A stretch of 54,069 nt of DNA, counting the filler, from Dimargaris cristalligena (Eukaryota), in the NCBI GenBank assembly GCA_003614675.1. It is 3 parts of 3 records of this genome, joined end to end, with 100 filler letters (N's around TTAATTAATTAA, not from the genome) between each part and the next. Parts side by side here need not be neighbours in the genome. Positions count along the whole stretch, not along the records: positions 36,123 to 54,069 come from ML002785.1; 2 more parts are not named here. One strand, 5' to 3'. A program made the translations under genes and the position numbers. Numbering within the stretch: the stretch's first letter is position 1; every line of letters begins with the position of its first letter. Of this stretch, positions 36,123-49,914 are shown one piece after another. A model generated the notes under the pieces. The model did not search any database and was not told where the DNA came from. It was given only the letters and a program-made list of their open reading frames with translations.

Positions 36123-39100
36123 GGGGGGGGGGGGGGGGGGGGTGGCAGGAGTTTAAATAGGGTGGGTAGTAGAACGGTGCTATAGACGGATAATAGATGA
36201 TTAATTGGTGGGATAAGTGGTAAAGGTTAAATGAATAGTTGATAATGAATCAATGCAAGAGTCAGGGCGTCAACAGCGACGGTCAAGAAGCAAGCGTGAA
36301 AGTGACTAGCAATAGAGATAAGAAATGAGGGAGAAGGGTAGGGGGCTATCGTTCCGGCTCAGGAACCGGAAAAGGACAAGTCGAAGGAACTCGGAAGGGC
36401 TGGGGCGACAGGGGGGTTATAAGCGAATGGAAGCGGTGGTGGTGGGCGTAGGTAGAGCGGCCAAGGCGAACAAACGAATAGGCTCGAGAGAGAGTGAGTG
36501 AGAGAGGAAGTCGGGGGGGGGATTGCAATTTGGATCCCGGCTCGGATGGCGGCCAGGAGGAGGAGTCTGACTCAGGGTAACTAGGGAGAGTTGGAGTGAT
36601 TGAATTAAAAAGTAGGGCTGTTAAGTATAACCAAGGCAGGAGAAATCTATAAATTAAGAAACTAGGAGGCAGGGAGGGGATAAACAGGAATATAGAACAG
36701 TGGAATAGTGATTAGGCCAGGAACGCACAGATACAGGCAGCAACCAAAATACAGCAAGGCACATGTGGTGATGAGCAATACGGAAACACTGATTGTGAAG
36801 TCAAGGGGAGGAGGGAACATGCGGGGCTTTATATGGCCGAGTCACGGCGAGGAGAGAGGCGCATACATTCGATAAGGCTGTATGCGCCTTGCTGATGGAG
36901 AAAGAGGTCAGTATAAAGTACTTTATACTATGACACCGCAATCAGCCCCTGGGTTTGGTTACCCTGGGTATAATAATAATAATGAGAATGGTTGGTTATT
37001 CAGCCCTACATGCGCATATACACCCGAGCATGCTCCAAGGGTAAACCAAGCTGCCACCCCAGTCTCGTTTACCCTGTCGCTCGCCAACCCCGCGCATTGC
37101 TCTGGTGTCTCCAAAAAATAAAGGCTCGGGGAGGAGGAGGGGGGGAGGGTCTGGAAACCCCACGATTAAAGATAGCTTCCCCCTTTCCGGATCCGGCCCA
37201 CTGTTTTTATGTGGGTTCCACCGCTCAGTCACGTCTGGCCAAAAGATTGGTGGCCCGCTCTGGAATTTGTAGCCAATCAGAGCGCTTTGATCACCAAGAC
37301 CCCTTTTCCTTCTCCTTATCACTACTACAAACTGAGTCTCTCCTATATGGCGGCGCTAAATAAGCGCCCCCCGTTACTTCGGTCCCTCCCGCTCTCCGGG
37401 CCAGTTCTAGAGCCCCTTCCTCCGCTTCTCTTTCGTTGCCACCTATACCAAGGATTCATGTATGTGGCTATTTTGCTCCGTGTGGCGGTAAACGTACTTT
37501 ATTTGCCCGTGCCGAGCTGCGTCGAATGGACTCCACCGCCCTAAAGAGGGCCAGTCTAACTTAAGTAAAATTAAATGTTTTACCGCGGGATTTTTCACGC
37601 ATTAGAGCTCAATATCTGTCAAAATCGAGTTGTTTGGACTGCGGTAATCCTCGTGCCGCAGCCTGTTTTACCTTGATAGTGCTTTACAGTGAGGGGGCCT
37701 AAAAATACTTCATCCGTCGCATATGGCTGGGCGAAGATGGTCTATTGCCGCTCTCCATTAGGCAATCAATTCTTTGGTTACTGTGGCATAATCTAATCGC
37801 CCCATCTTTCCTTGTTTTACTCATTTTATCGCGGATGGATATAGCTATAGCTTCTACTCTAAACCCCTCATTTTTTTGCGCCAATTTACCCCTTCCAAGG
37901 CCTTCTTCATTCAATGGCAAACCATTTGGGTTTGGGCTGCACCATCACCCCCCCCCCCCCAAATCAAGGTGGGTGGGGACTGATGTTGCGGCAACCAGCC
38001 TAATCAGATACTATACTGCCCATTTATCCTACTCCTATAGTTAGCCTGTTCTCCAACCCTGGGCCATGTGACTCCCTCCACCACCATCTGTACGTCATTC
38101 ACCACCGCCCACAATCTACTGGGTGAGGAGAACCATTCGGTCGACGGCCTCTTTAGGGAGGCTTAGCCATCCCAACCCGCCCCTCATAAAAGAACGGATT
38201 CCGTGCTATAATTATCCGCTTTTGAAAATCCGGGCCGCCTAGATGGAAGAGCGAAGTGGGTGGAAAGGGGAAGGGGGGAGTAAACCCACCAACCCTATTC
38301 ACCGTGGAGCTGTTACAGGTGATGGGGGCAGGCCAACCTAGTTTTCTCTCTCTCTCTATCGACTGGTCCTTTTCTTCGCCAAGCCCGTCCAACGAGAGAC
38401 ACATCCGCACTTCGCTGGGGGAATCATCATCCCGCCAAAATTATTGATTGGCTGATTGTGATGGAAAAACAACCCCATAATTTGACCATGGATGAAGAGG
38501 CCGGCAATCTACCGCTTCATTAGTAAGTAAAGGATGAATGGCAGTGAGGGATAATTAAACACCCAAGAGATGATAGAGCCCTCCAATTTTATTTGATATT
38601 ATTATGAGACAATTTACGCCCTAAACACACAAATTATTTACCTACTTCGCGATAGAAAAGGGCCTTTTTCTTAGTGAAGGTTTCTATGGAAGATTCCTCC
38701 CAGTGGTCGATCACATTACTACTCCCCAGCATTTCCATGGTCTCACTACTAACCCAGTTCACTTAGTATAATAGCTAGAGCTATACGGGGTCATCCTACT
38801 ATAAGACGGATAGCACGCTGATTGGTCAGCTCTTCCACCTGTCAAAAGCCCCTGATGTCCGCCAGCCTAATGAAAACTGGGTTTCAAATTTCCTTCCATA
38901 CCCGAACCCTCTCCATGGCCGAATACCCATCACCTCGGCCAATTATACAGGATGAAACCGCCGTGGTTGCGGATAAGAATAGCTGTTTTTTTGGCCGATT
39001 AACCGATAGACGACGAGACAATCCAGTAAAAGCAATTAAAGAGAATGAGCCCGATAAAAAAGGCCTTGCTGGATTAATACATTAAGCACCTCGCCCCCCC

Positions 39101-40769
39101 CCCCAATGACCGTATCCACCCGCACACCGGTTCAGTCACTCCACTCTACAGTCTTACACACACACACATACACCCCCCAAAAAAACATCACTAGTGGTAC
39201 ATAGAAGATAACTGAGCCATCAACCAGTTTGAGCTCCACTCGCTGGGTTGAATCTCCAAGGGGAATTCTCAAAGCGACCATCATTAAAGTCGAGCCACAT
39301 GTTGGGAGGCTTGCCGCCTCTCTAGAAGAGCTACACTCCGGAGTCCCATATAACAGAGATCGACTGCAATCGCCCAGCTCACCATCGCCACCACAGATTT
39401 GGCTCCCCCCAAGCGCTGACCTCATATATACTTCTTTGTCGACATGTCCATCAGGTATAGTACTGGAAGGCCGCTCCTTACTGAAGTCACCCGCCCGTTT
39501 GGGCACACCCTCACTACTCTCCACCCCGATCAGACCTCATGTTATGTTCAATACTGCCGACATAATGGACTCCATAAAAATTTGGGCACTCCTCTGTTGT
39601 GTAACCAAGCGGAAATGCGTCTACTGAATGTGAGGTGAAGTCGCATGACTGTATAACCATACACGTGGCGGGCTGCCATGCCTAAGCATCGTCGGTGACC
39701 GTAACTGCAGTCGATTCACAGCCATACGTCCGCTCAACAACAGGTTCTCATGGTCCTTGATTCAAGGCGGATAGGCCATTTGCATTATAATTTCAACACT
39801 CCCAACTTTCCGCTAATCGGTTGTCAGCCATTAAACGGCTGGCGAACTATCCCACTCCGTGACTTAAAAAAAACACTATATTCGGCCATGTGGGACCAAA
39901 TATCTGATGGACCCGGATACTAATGAATGTTCCGCAGTGCTCCCGAAGGGGTCAATAAACCGATGCCTATATAGTCGGGTCCCTATACCCCATTATATAC
40001 TTATCTCATGCTCATCCTTTTAGTTATCAGTTGATAGGTGTTCCTTGGCGAAAGGCAGGTTCTATGCTCCTGGGTCACCTCATCCAAACTAAGCCAACCC
40101 CCGAATGCTGCATTAGCTAGTTCAACTGTATTACAACTGATCTTGGCCTAGTAGTATTGTGGGTACTATCTCCCCCTCCATTTAGACCATACCATCAATT
40201 GGAATATACGACGCTGATGTCAATTGTCGATAAATTAAGTGAATTGTTAACCTCACCATGATCGCTGCCATTCTTTTTGGAGCAAGTCACGCCTAAATTC
40301 CGCCGACTATATAACTACACGGTATATTATACCCATTTTTGACCGGCGCCCAAAAAGTAATAGATAATAGCTAGGCAACAGGGGAGAGGGGGGCATTGTA
40401 AAAGCGGACTACATTCGCCAGTTCCTTACACCTAAGCCGCAATTACACCCCCCACAGGTTTAATTAATATTACACTGGTCCCTTGGCGGAGATTAGCTGC
40501 ACGAGATGGTCCGAATTCAGCGTATCCCATCCCCGTAGTGACCCACCACCGCAACCTTCATGTCGCTTCCTGAAACAATTGGATGATTCTGTCCAGACAA
40601 GGGCACCCAGCAGTTATAGCCAATTTAAGGATATTTTACCAGAAAAATCAGTGGCTGTTTAACTTAGTGAATTCAAAATATTATTAAACTGCAGTCTATT
40701 TTATGAGGCCATCTTATAGTAGAGCCTCCGGGTAAGTTGGTCTGGTTTAATTACGCCAATGAGGTAATA

Positions 40770-40912
40770 ATATGAGTGAAATTCAGCTCGGCTGTATAAG
40801 GTTTTAACAGATATGTGTATGGGAAAATCAGTGGGATGTTAATTTTCAACCAGTAGTATTTGCCTCATCAAAAGGATTTTTCGTTATGCAGCCTTGTTGA
40901 ACTACTCCCATA
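40770..40912 (+). repeat. Dispersed repeat copy
   Basis: Matches 17911-17965 (49/55) and is collinear with 21638-21782. Confidence 0.72.
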
Positions 40913-41145
40913 TTCTCCATATCTAAAAATACCCGAGTCGGATATGCCCAAAACCAGTGCGAATGATTATTTCAACATCACAAGATCGCCCCACTATGCA
41001 TGAAGTACTAAGCAGGATTCACTCTCCCTTCTTTAATCGTTTTTATATACCAAGACTCGCCTCATTCCAATCTATGTGGGTGGTGCATCTACTATCATCA
41101 AATCCAATTTCCCAGCCCAGTATAGTGTATTAGTATTGTTGGAAT

Positions 41146-42676
41146 TTAAAAATATTGCGTACGGTTATGCTGTTCTACCTCGGCCAGGGTGGGAATACTA
41201 TCCATGGCACCTGGTCTAGTAACTGCCAGGCCCGCGGCTACCGAGGCCTGTCCCAGGATGCCCCGCATGATCTCGGCATCTAGGTTAACAAAGGGTCCCT
41301 CGGCCCGGGGTTCCGTGGGGTGGTCCTCCGTACTTGGGAGCAAGCTATTTAGTTGCTTCACCAAGAGTCCGACGAAATAGCCAATCCAAGTATCACCCGC
41401 CCCTGTGGTATCCACCACAGGCTGAGCCACTAATTCTACCGGTTCCAGTGTCTGCGTCTGCGCCTCCGCCTCCATCGGCGCCCCTGGCATGGATGGGGTT
41501 GCCGCCACAATGGTCGCCGCCGACAATTCTACCCAGAAATCTAGATTAAACTGCCGTCCGGGTTTAAACTGGGCCACTAGACCCTGGCTCCCTAGAGTAA
41601 TTATAACCCCGGCCAAATGGGGTAAGGCAGCGTGGATATGACGCATCCATCTCGACTGACGTGATGGTGATGATGGTGGGCTAGTTGAAGTGGTACGTAA
41701 TTCAGCCTCCCTCAAGTCAGTCCCCTCCGTCGGGTCAAATGGAGATTGCTCCTGGTTAGAATAGGGTAGTAGCCGTGGTGGTTCAAGGGTTTGGACCAGA
41801 GTTTCGGCCTCGTTCTCATTGACTATTAGGATATCGATGGCTTGGCGGTCTATCCGCTGCCATAGGATGGGATCCATGGGGGCGGGGTTGTACACGATAC
41901 AGAGTCCCCGTTCACGAGCTTGCGCGAGAATAATATCAACTTGGGCCAATTCGTTTTGAATCATGAGCATGTCACGGGGACCGAATTTCGATAGAACTCG
42001 GGTAATGTCGGCGGGATCAACTCCAAATCCCGTACTCCCGAATAAAATAATGGCATTTTCGCCTGTTTTTCGGCAGACTTGGATGATGGCTCTCGATGTG
42101 GGCTATCATGGGAGGAGGAGTGAGGGGTTTGGAATTTAGAATTTAGGATGATAGAGGGCAATTAAATAATATACCATTTTAAGTAAGGTAATTGACACCA
42201 CTCTACTTGAAACGGGGCCTTAGAATTCCTTGGGGATACGTAATGGACTTGGGCAAACCCTCTGGACCAACTTCAACGATATTTTTCTATCCGGAATACT
42301 TTAATTTATCGTATTCAAGCGAACAGTACTGCCTCGCTACACACGCAGCAAAATTATTCAGATAATAAAAGGCACCTACATTGGTATCGGTACGAACATG
42401 GCGAGTATCCACTCCGCTGTTTTCAAGTCTAGTTCGTAGCCACTCCCCATCAGTTCCGATACGGCCGGCCATATATACAGGCGAGCCTGTCCGTCCCGCC
42501 GCCACGGCCTGGTTAGCCCCTTTACCACCAGCAGAGACCGTCCGTCCGTACGTAGGGATGGTCTGCCCAGGCTGCGCAATCCCATCGACTTGGTAGACCT
42601 CGTCAATGTTAATGGAGCCGTAACATAAAATGGACGTGCGGGGAGGTGACGGGGCTGAGGGAGTGGTATCGGTCAT
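41146..42676 (-). CDS. RBK1: Ribokinase (PfkB family), 2 exons, 417 aa
   Basis: Exons 42676-42380 and 42102-41146 (phase 0, GTAGGT..TAG). Motifs GSINID, GGKGANQAVAAGR, AIIQV..GENAII, QNE, YNPAP, VNENE, ITLGSQG and VVDTTGAGDT with the catalytic Asp. Confidence 0.9.
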
Positions 42677-45611
42677 GTCAGCGTGTAGAAATGGGGGTTC
42701 GCTTTGGTTAAGGGAAATACGAAGGTGACGGTGAATTGTAAAAAAAAAACAAAAGAATATGGGTGGTTAAATGGAAATGCCAACAAGTGTGGTAGGCTTC
42801 TGTTGCTCATGGTCACTATTCCTTAGTTACCAGCTTGTTCGCCCTTTTGACCATTCGTTGATTGCCTCAAGCTTTACCAGTCACTTTATGTAGTCTAGCT
42901 GACGTCACCCTAGTCGGATGCGGAGGCTCGCCTTTACAGTCAAGCGACACCTTTACCAGTAATGCCTGTGTTAATGTATGTTAGCACCACAGTATTTTCC
43001 TTTTATTGGTTGAAGGATGCTAGGTCAAACCAACCCCATCACGGCTTCTCGTATCGATTTTGCTTTGGATTTTCCCTTTAAAATTCAGCGTATTCATTTT
43101 ATTATCTTCTCATCAGCATAGATCTGATGGCTAATGGGAAGTAGGGGAGAGGAGGGATAACTATGGGCACTACTGGTATGAAAATACTAATAAAGCGGAT
43201 ACTGTGTATTGTAACTAGCAGGGTAGCAGATGGGCGGGAGGTCGCTCATTTTATAATATAAAGAGCGCTATGACAGCGAAGCCAACTCCAATGGCGAAAC
43301 AGTAAACTGATGATGGGGCTCGTTGGCGCTGCCTGGAAACAGCCATGTGTCGAAATATGATCTGGAAGAATGATAAACATAGTTTAGAACTGTCATTGGA
43401 GCTGTAACCACCTATTGAGAAATCGTCCCAAAGATGGGCAGTTGCAATATGACGAGGTGATCTGGCTATTGATCAAGAATCTCAAGTTAATGAATGAACA
43501 TTTGAGTAGGGAGAGCATCCTCGTCGATAGAGTAGCCGTATAAAGCCGGTGCCAACAATAGCCAGGGCAATGATTAAAGGTAGTTGGAATTCACACCGAC
43601 AGGGTACACAAAATCTGGGGTACTGAATAGATCAGGCTGATAGGCAGCTGTATTGGGCGTCACCATTCGAAATATGGAGGATTAGGCACTCCCAAGGTCT
43701 CACCAAGGAAAAACCCTCGACTGTGTTATACCTAACCTTGGGTGAGCAGCCTGCTAGTAACCGTAGAAGTCTCGAAATGGTAATGTTATCCTAATTTAGC
43801 GGCAGCCATTGAGGATCAAAACTGATAAAATGAGCTATTCAAGTACCACTACCACTCACCTCCCTCGTCAGCTCCACAGTATGAGCTCATTCAGTTAGAT
43901 GTAAAACCGTACTTCCCTCTGGTACTTGCTTCATACATCGCCTAACTGCCCCCAGTTATCTTGGTACAACCATTCAATTGTGCATTTCTTTTATTCCAAA
44001 CTGTCCCCTCCCTTTATTTGAATTTGAACGATCCCTTCCACCATAAGGCAGTCTGCTTCCCTATAACCCTCACATTTATCCACTGTGTCACATAAGTGGT
44101 TGGTATCAACGATTCTCAGCCATTTGAACCTCTGATCATTATATATTTATAAAAAACGGGCGATTAGATTACGCCGCCGCAGGGTCTCTTTCAAACTATC
44201 CAAGGATGATGGCAAGTGAGTCACCGAAACCATCCACGGTTCCCAGAAAATTGTCAAAGGTCGATAACAGAATTTGAGAGTATCTTCACGCCACCAGAGA
44301 ATATCACTTTGCCCCCCATATCTTTTGATCGTAGTATCACCCATAATACTTTTCGTAAGATACGATGTTTCACCAATGTAACAGGCCTTCCTAGTATCAA
44401 AATTCTTGGAAGACATAGTGGGTGTGCTATAATGTTTTCCGCTGAAATATAGTCAGAATAAGTGTAGTCTACTTTTTATAGACATGGCTCCCCTAATGCT
44501 ACTTTCACATGATAAGGCTGAAGAGGATCGAGGCGATGGCATCAGTTCTATACGTACGGATCATAGGAATGTATGATGGGCTCTAATTGGCCGTCGATCT
44601 TTTACACAATTTATAGAAGCGTGTAAAGATGTGCCCCTCCCTCTCCTCCTCCGATCCAATGTGCTCTCGAATCTGTGACAAACTTTGGTGTTCTTACATC
44701 CAAAGTGCCAACATAAAAATGCGCGAGGTTCAGCCTGGCTATGTGACAGTAAATGCATTGTTAAAGATGATATTATTGACGAAGTACAATTTCCCCGCCT
44801 AGTGTCCTATGGACATATTGCATAAAATCTTATGCTGTATTGGATACCACTCATATGGAGAAATCGCGCCGATACACTCACTCACTCTATTCTTCATGCC
44901 TATTGTACCTATCAAAGTAGGATTGTCAACCATATCAAGTAGATATTGGAAAGCGAAGGTGATACAGAAATTGAGGGATTTTGGGGATGTAGTGCTGGGA
45001 TAGTGACCTTCGATGTCAATTCGTCCGATCGATGGTCCCCACCAGAATAATATATACCACCTTTGTCAAATAGTATTTTGAAACCAACACTTCGGTAGTT
45101 TCGAGTTTGTCTAAACAATTGAGGGTCTTTTATTATTTTAAACCCTGACGTGTTTTAGTGGATTCATCTTATCGGTAGTTGCTAGATCGCTTTGCAATTC
45201 TTTAGTATGTAGTGATGTGGGCATCTGGGCGGCATCACGCCCAATCGTCGGGGACCAGTTTCTACTTTGCTGAAATGCACATCTCAGGTATAGACATTGG
45301 CTAATTCGAGAAATCTCTCTAGGAATAGGTGTAACGGTTTGTCTATATTGGGACGGTTATGCCTATTTGCCCATATATGTACCTTTAATGTATGAGCTTG
45401 TTCTCCAACAGTCTATAGTTACTTACGCCCCAGCTATAATCCCTCAGTGTCTGTAGATCGATATAAACCCCCCCCCCCTACCTGGGCCCTTAGAAAACGA
45501 TACTATCACATTTGGCCCACAGTTAGACCGCTCCCCATTGTTTAAATTATCTATTCCATCGTACCGCCAATTATACCCCCCTCCCTCTTCAATTTACCCA
45601 TTATTATAGTT

Positions 45612-45956
45612 ATGAAGATTTCATTTACGACCGTCATATTGTTCAGTCTAGCCGTAGTCTGCGGTGCAGCCAGTCTTCCCGACCCCTTGACCGAACAAGA
45701 AGACATCTCCGACAGCGACATTAGTAGTGTCGACTTTGATGCTTTCGACGACAGCTGGGATACGAACGACTCGTTGTCTAAAAAGCGGGTTTACATCGAT
45801 AGCCCTTTTGACATGAGACCCATGATTCCTATAGAATGGCTGGACAACCAGAATCCGAACGAGGGAAATGTAATTCCGGCTGAAAATCCTGAGGCGCAGG
45901 TGAATGGCGGTGAAATTGAGAACGATAGCCGTGAGATTCCGGTCGTGAATAATTAG
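45612..45956 (+). CDS. Small secreted acidic protein of unknown function, 114 aa
   Basis: Signal peptide MKISFTTVILFSLAVVCGAA, acidic region, dibasic SKKR site, no Cys after the signal. TATAAA near 45463 and a pyrimidine-rich leader upstream. Confidence 0.7.
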   Translation: MKISFTTVILFSLAVVCGAASLPDPLTEQEDISDSDISSVDFDAFDDSWDTNDSLSKKRVYIDSPFDMRPMIPIEWLDNQNPNEGNVIPAENPEAQVNGGEIENDSREIPVVNN

Positions 45957-48900
45957 GTTCTCACTTACAGTATGGGCACAAGGTTGCAAGGGTTCTTCAA
46001 TATCACACAGCTGGATCAACATTACTTCGGGTAATGCCCTATACTGCTGTAAGATTGCGCTATATTATTACACACGCCCTGGCATTGAATACTAACGCTT
46101 GCTTACCTTCATTCGAGGAAACAACCTCCCAATTTACCTACCATGTTATATTACAATTCCAGGTACGTTCAATTGTTTTTGGTTCAATCATGTTTCTATG
46201 CGAAAGCTTCGTTTACAAGTTTAAAACATCGCAAATAAAAGGAATGTCATGTTTATGGGCCCCAGGCACTTATAAGTACATTTTTTTACAGATACCTCCC
46301 ACCACCCCTGCACTCTCAAGGTGTCCGAAACCGGGGGTGCCTTAACTCCGATGTTCTTGGCGTTATAGTAACTCTAGGTGGCAGTGAAGCCAGATGGTAC
46401 GAAAATTCAATTCCATTGTGATTTTTATTATTTTTGATAACCCCTCTTTGGAATTTGGCTGGACTATCTAAATATATATACCATAACCCATGAAGGGACA
46501 ATACTAATTGCTTTCAGAAAACATTTTATCTAGCTATATCTTATTATTTTTTTTCAGCCTGAGGGGTTACCATTATATAATGTTCGTTTTCATGGTCTAT
46601 GAAATTTAAATCCAGAGCCTTTGTAGTGTTTAACGAAAATAATAAAAATATCCTATCCTCCTGAAGGGTGCAATTCATATCATATTTGGATTTTGATTCT
46701 CTTTTTTGTCAGAGTCAGCAATTATAATAGAACTCATTTACTTCCCAGAAATTGAAACCTGCACATCTTTTCAATGAGGACTTCACCCTTAGTTAATATT
46801 AAATTTGGACTATATAATATAATAAGATATCACCACTTTTGGACCTTTTGGTATTCCATGTCAGAATATATGAAAACCAGAACAGGGTGAACCTTCAGGG
46901 AGTAAATCATCACCCGCTTACGCTGTTGGTTGTATTGACCAATGTCACTAGCAAAAAAAGGAAATATATTTAAATAAAAGTATCCGAGTAGCAGATACTC
47001 TACAATGGTAAATCAACTTACCAGGGCCTCATAATATGTTACCTATTACTCCCTCCCTTAAAATTCCCGTCGCGCCTACCACTGGCGGATGCAGGGTGTG
47101 GAGAGTACTACAGTGATCTACAGTAATGAATATCTGAAAGCAATCCCCAGACGTTTTCCTCTACCACCCTCCACCATTGATGTCTTACTGTAAGACCCTG
47201 CCACTATTTAGTGATGGACAATGTTTTCTTTGATTTGATGCCCCAGGGTGGGAATTTAAATGGCATATAGGCACTACTCCTTGCAACCCTGTATAAAAAA
47301 ACACTACTTAACCGTTTACATATGGCCATCAATGAAAAAAGTTTAATATATTCCGGCTGTAATGAAATATATACAAACCCCATCCAAATGCAGTAATATT
47401 ATTCCTCTATGGATTTGAATTCTTGGCATGCCTATCCAGGGGACATGCATATCCCACACCTTTATTCGACCAAAATATGGGATTCGTTATTAAGGCACTG
47501 CATAATTCAACATGCCTATATAGGAGTAACTGAAGTTCCGTATACATAATAAACAATGAGGTGCATCAGGATTTAACTAATGCCACCAACTGTTATGCTT
47601 GGGCTGAAAGGGACTAGCTATTGATACGGGTTTATTGAGCAGTAAATTGACTCTAATTGTTTATAGTGCTATTAAGGCATGTCAGACTCGGAATGACAAA
47701 TACTACATTTGTGTCTTATACCTCATGGTCATTTATGTCGCTGATTGCGTTTGTAATTATTCACTGCCGCTTCAGTGGCACATTTATTCAGGCCGGGTAA
47801 AGCGGCCATTTGGGCACATTGCAATTGACTCTTTTCAGCAGTTTCAATAGGAATTACCCGTCCCACAGTCATCATTGATCTGAAGGCTCTGGTAGTTCCC
47901 ATAAAAATCTTTCAGGTACCAGTGGATACCTTCCGGTGCCACCATTACTATTCTTGGAAGGTCCTCTGGGGTCGTCACCATGTATAAATATTCCGCCAGG
48001 CTTAAACCTATTACCCCTTTAGCCAATATTGTTGACTAAAATGGTCCCCTTATCTATTCACCCCAATTAATACCCTACTTTTGGGTGCATCTTTATTGAT
48101 ATTTCCCGCTTGTTCCCAACTAAGAATGGCTAGTTGAAGCGGCTCTTGTCACCGTATTTCTAGGAAGCGGAACTGAGTGGGATCTGTTTTAGTACTGGGG
48201 TGGTATATCACCGCGGCAATCCCACTTTAACCAAACAGGGAACATCCCGTCATTTATATAGCACAGAAATCAACATAATGACATAGTCAGTCAGTAAAAT
48301 CAGCTGTTGGTATTATGCTGAAGTATAATGCAACCGGAGGAGGCCACTACCACTCAGAGGTGAGAGGTTGATCCCTTCCACAGTACTTTTCACCTAAATG
48401 AGGGACACCTGAAGAACTATAGTGTGGTCCGCCTGACCCTCTCGCTGAAGGATGACGTCCTTATCCCAATGGCACAAAAACAACACCTCGGCTCAGAGGA
48501 ATAAAACATACCGCCCCAAGTGGCTGGCTATTGTCCTTTGTCATTGAAACAATTACTTATTTTTTTATATAGTTCGACCTAGTTATTATTTAGTTACCTG
48601 CCCCACTCAGCACTTTAGTTATCTCTTTAACGTTAGCCAGCCCTACTCAGTATTTTTGGTTACAATAATGATAGTAATAATAATGGTATTGAGAGACCAA
48701 CCCAAAAATGGGGGTGGGAGGAGGGTAGGTATACTTGACACTGGAAGCGGCACGGCTAAGCTCTGCTGATCATTCCAGAGATCTGTCAAGGGATGAGCCA
48801 GCAGTGTCACCAGGGTTTATCCCTTTTGGCGTTTTACTGCAATACAGAAGGGTAGGTTTTATGCTTACCTGTCCCAATTAACGACTAATATAACATCAGG

Positions 48901-49728
48901 TATTTTTGTCATTTGGACAAAATTTTGACCGGTAAATTAATGTTTCCCGGCTAGACAAGTAGTGACGATAAGTAAATGATGTTGCATGTCTATATATGAC
49001 CGAATACAATTACCCTCCTTTGATCATAGGTTTGAACCAACTGTTGTCTAACCCGCAATTAAGTGACACTTATGACACTGGTGTATGCCCAACTCGGGCA
49101 CTATTTGTATAGTAACCAAAAGGCAATGAATAAAATATAGGGAAGAAATCAAAGTAGCCTGATAGGTTAAATTTTGGCCCAGCTGTACCAATGGTGGACT
49201 GGGTCATGCTAGCCCTTTTGGTAATTCGCAAGGAATCCTGGTAACACCATTTAATGCATCCCCTTTTGCGCTTTGAAGAAATATATACTTGTAGTTATTA
49301 TTACCCTTTCAGATGCTTGTCCCCTCACAGCCCTAATGCCAGAAAGAGTACTTTCGGAAAAAATAGGATGTGACTCTCTGATGAAACAAGTAGATCTAAA
49401 AGTGGAAAACCCAATTCCCAAGATCTTTCGGCAGCCATAAGAATAGGGAATTCTTTGATAGCCAATTGGTAAATCGGCTATTGGTCAGCTCGATAGATAA
49501 GTCTGAGGGGATTCAGCTTAATGGAAGTGCGATGCCTATTACATAAACTCGACGCTCTCTACATTTCACTGCAAAGATACTTTCATGTTCATTTATAAAT
49601 GAGCCCCAATACCCCTCGCACCACTCTCTCTCTTTCCATATATCCTCTCTGCCGTCTCTATCATCATCACATTGACATCCCCCGTTTCCACAACTCGTTC
49701 TGTTGAGCACTTCGCCTCCACCGCAGCC

Positions 49729-49914
49729 ATGAACACCTTACGATTCACCATTTTGTGGGCCGTGGTCGCACTCCTAGTCACTCCTGCAGCGTACACTATG
49801 CCCGCTAACGATTCACTCGACTCATATTTTCCTGCTCACATAAATCACCGGCTGGGAAAGCGCAAGTCTCGTAATCACCTATCCTTCATCATCATTCAAT
49901 TCTTTTACAAATAA
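49729..49914 (+). CDS. Putative small secreted prepropeptide, 61 aa if unspliced
   Basis: GCAGCC ATG context, signal peptide MNTLRFTILWAVVALLVTPAAYT, then ..HRLGKR. TATAAAT near 49594 and a CT-rich leader. The 3' end is uncertain because a GC-AG intron is possible. Confidence 0.5.
   Translation: MNTLRFTILWAVVALLVTPAAYTMPANDSLDSYFPAHINHRLGKRKSRNHLSFIIIQFFYK

Noticed and set aside
36123..36850. Minus-strand TATA and CT-rich leader as the promoter of the hevein gene
   Set aside because: It lies across an artificial linker on a probably unlinked contig, and more likely belongs to a different gene outside the window.
39132..39638. Overlapping 130-aa and 132-aa ORFs as a transposon or gene remnant
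   Set aside because: No RT, integrase, transposase or other motif is recognisable, and there is no splice or codon support.
44147..45118. Stop-poor frames suggesting a decayed gene (including KILFDKGGIYY, faintly glycosyltransferase-like)
   Set aside because: Several stops occur in every frame and there is no DxD motif. It cannot be supported without a translated search.
46560..48030. Minus-strand intron-like signal (GTAAGT..TTGCTAG near 46950-47021) and a 60-aa ORF, as a possible pseudogene
   Set aside because: The flanking frames are closed by multiple stops and I recognise no protein family.
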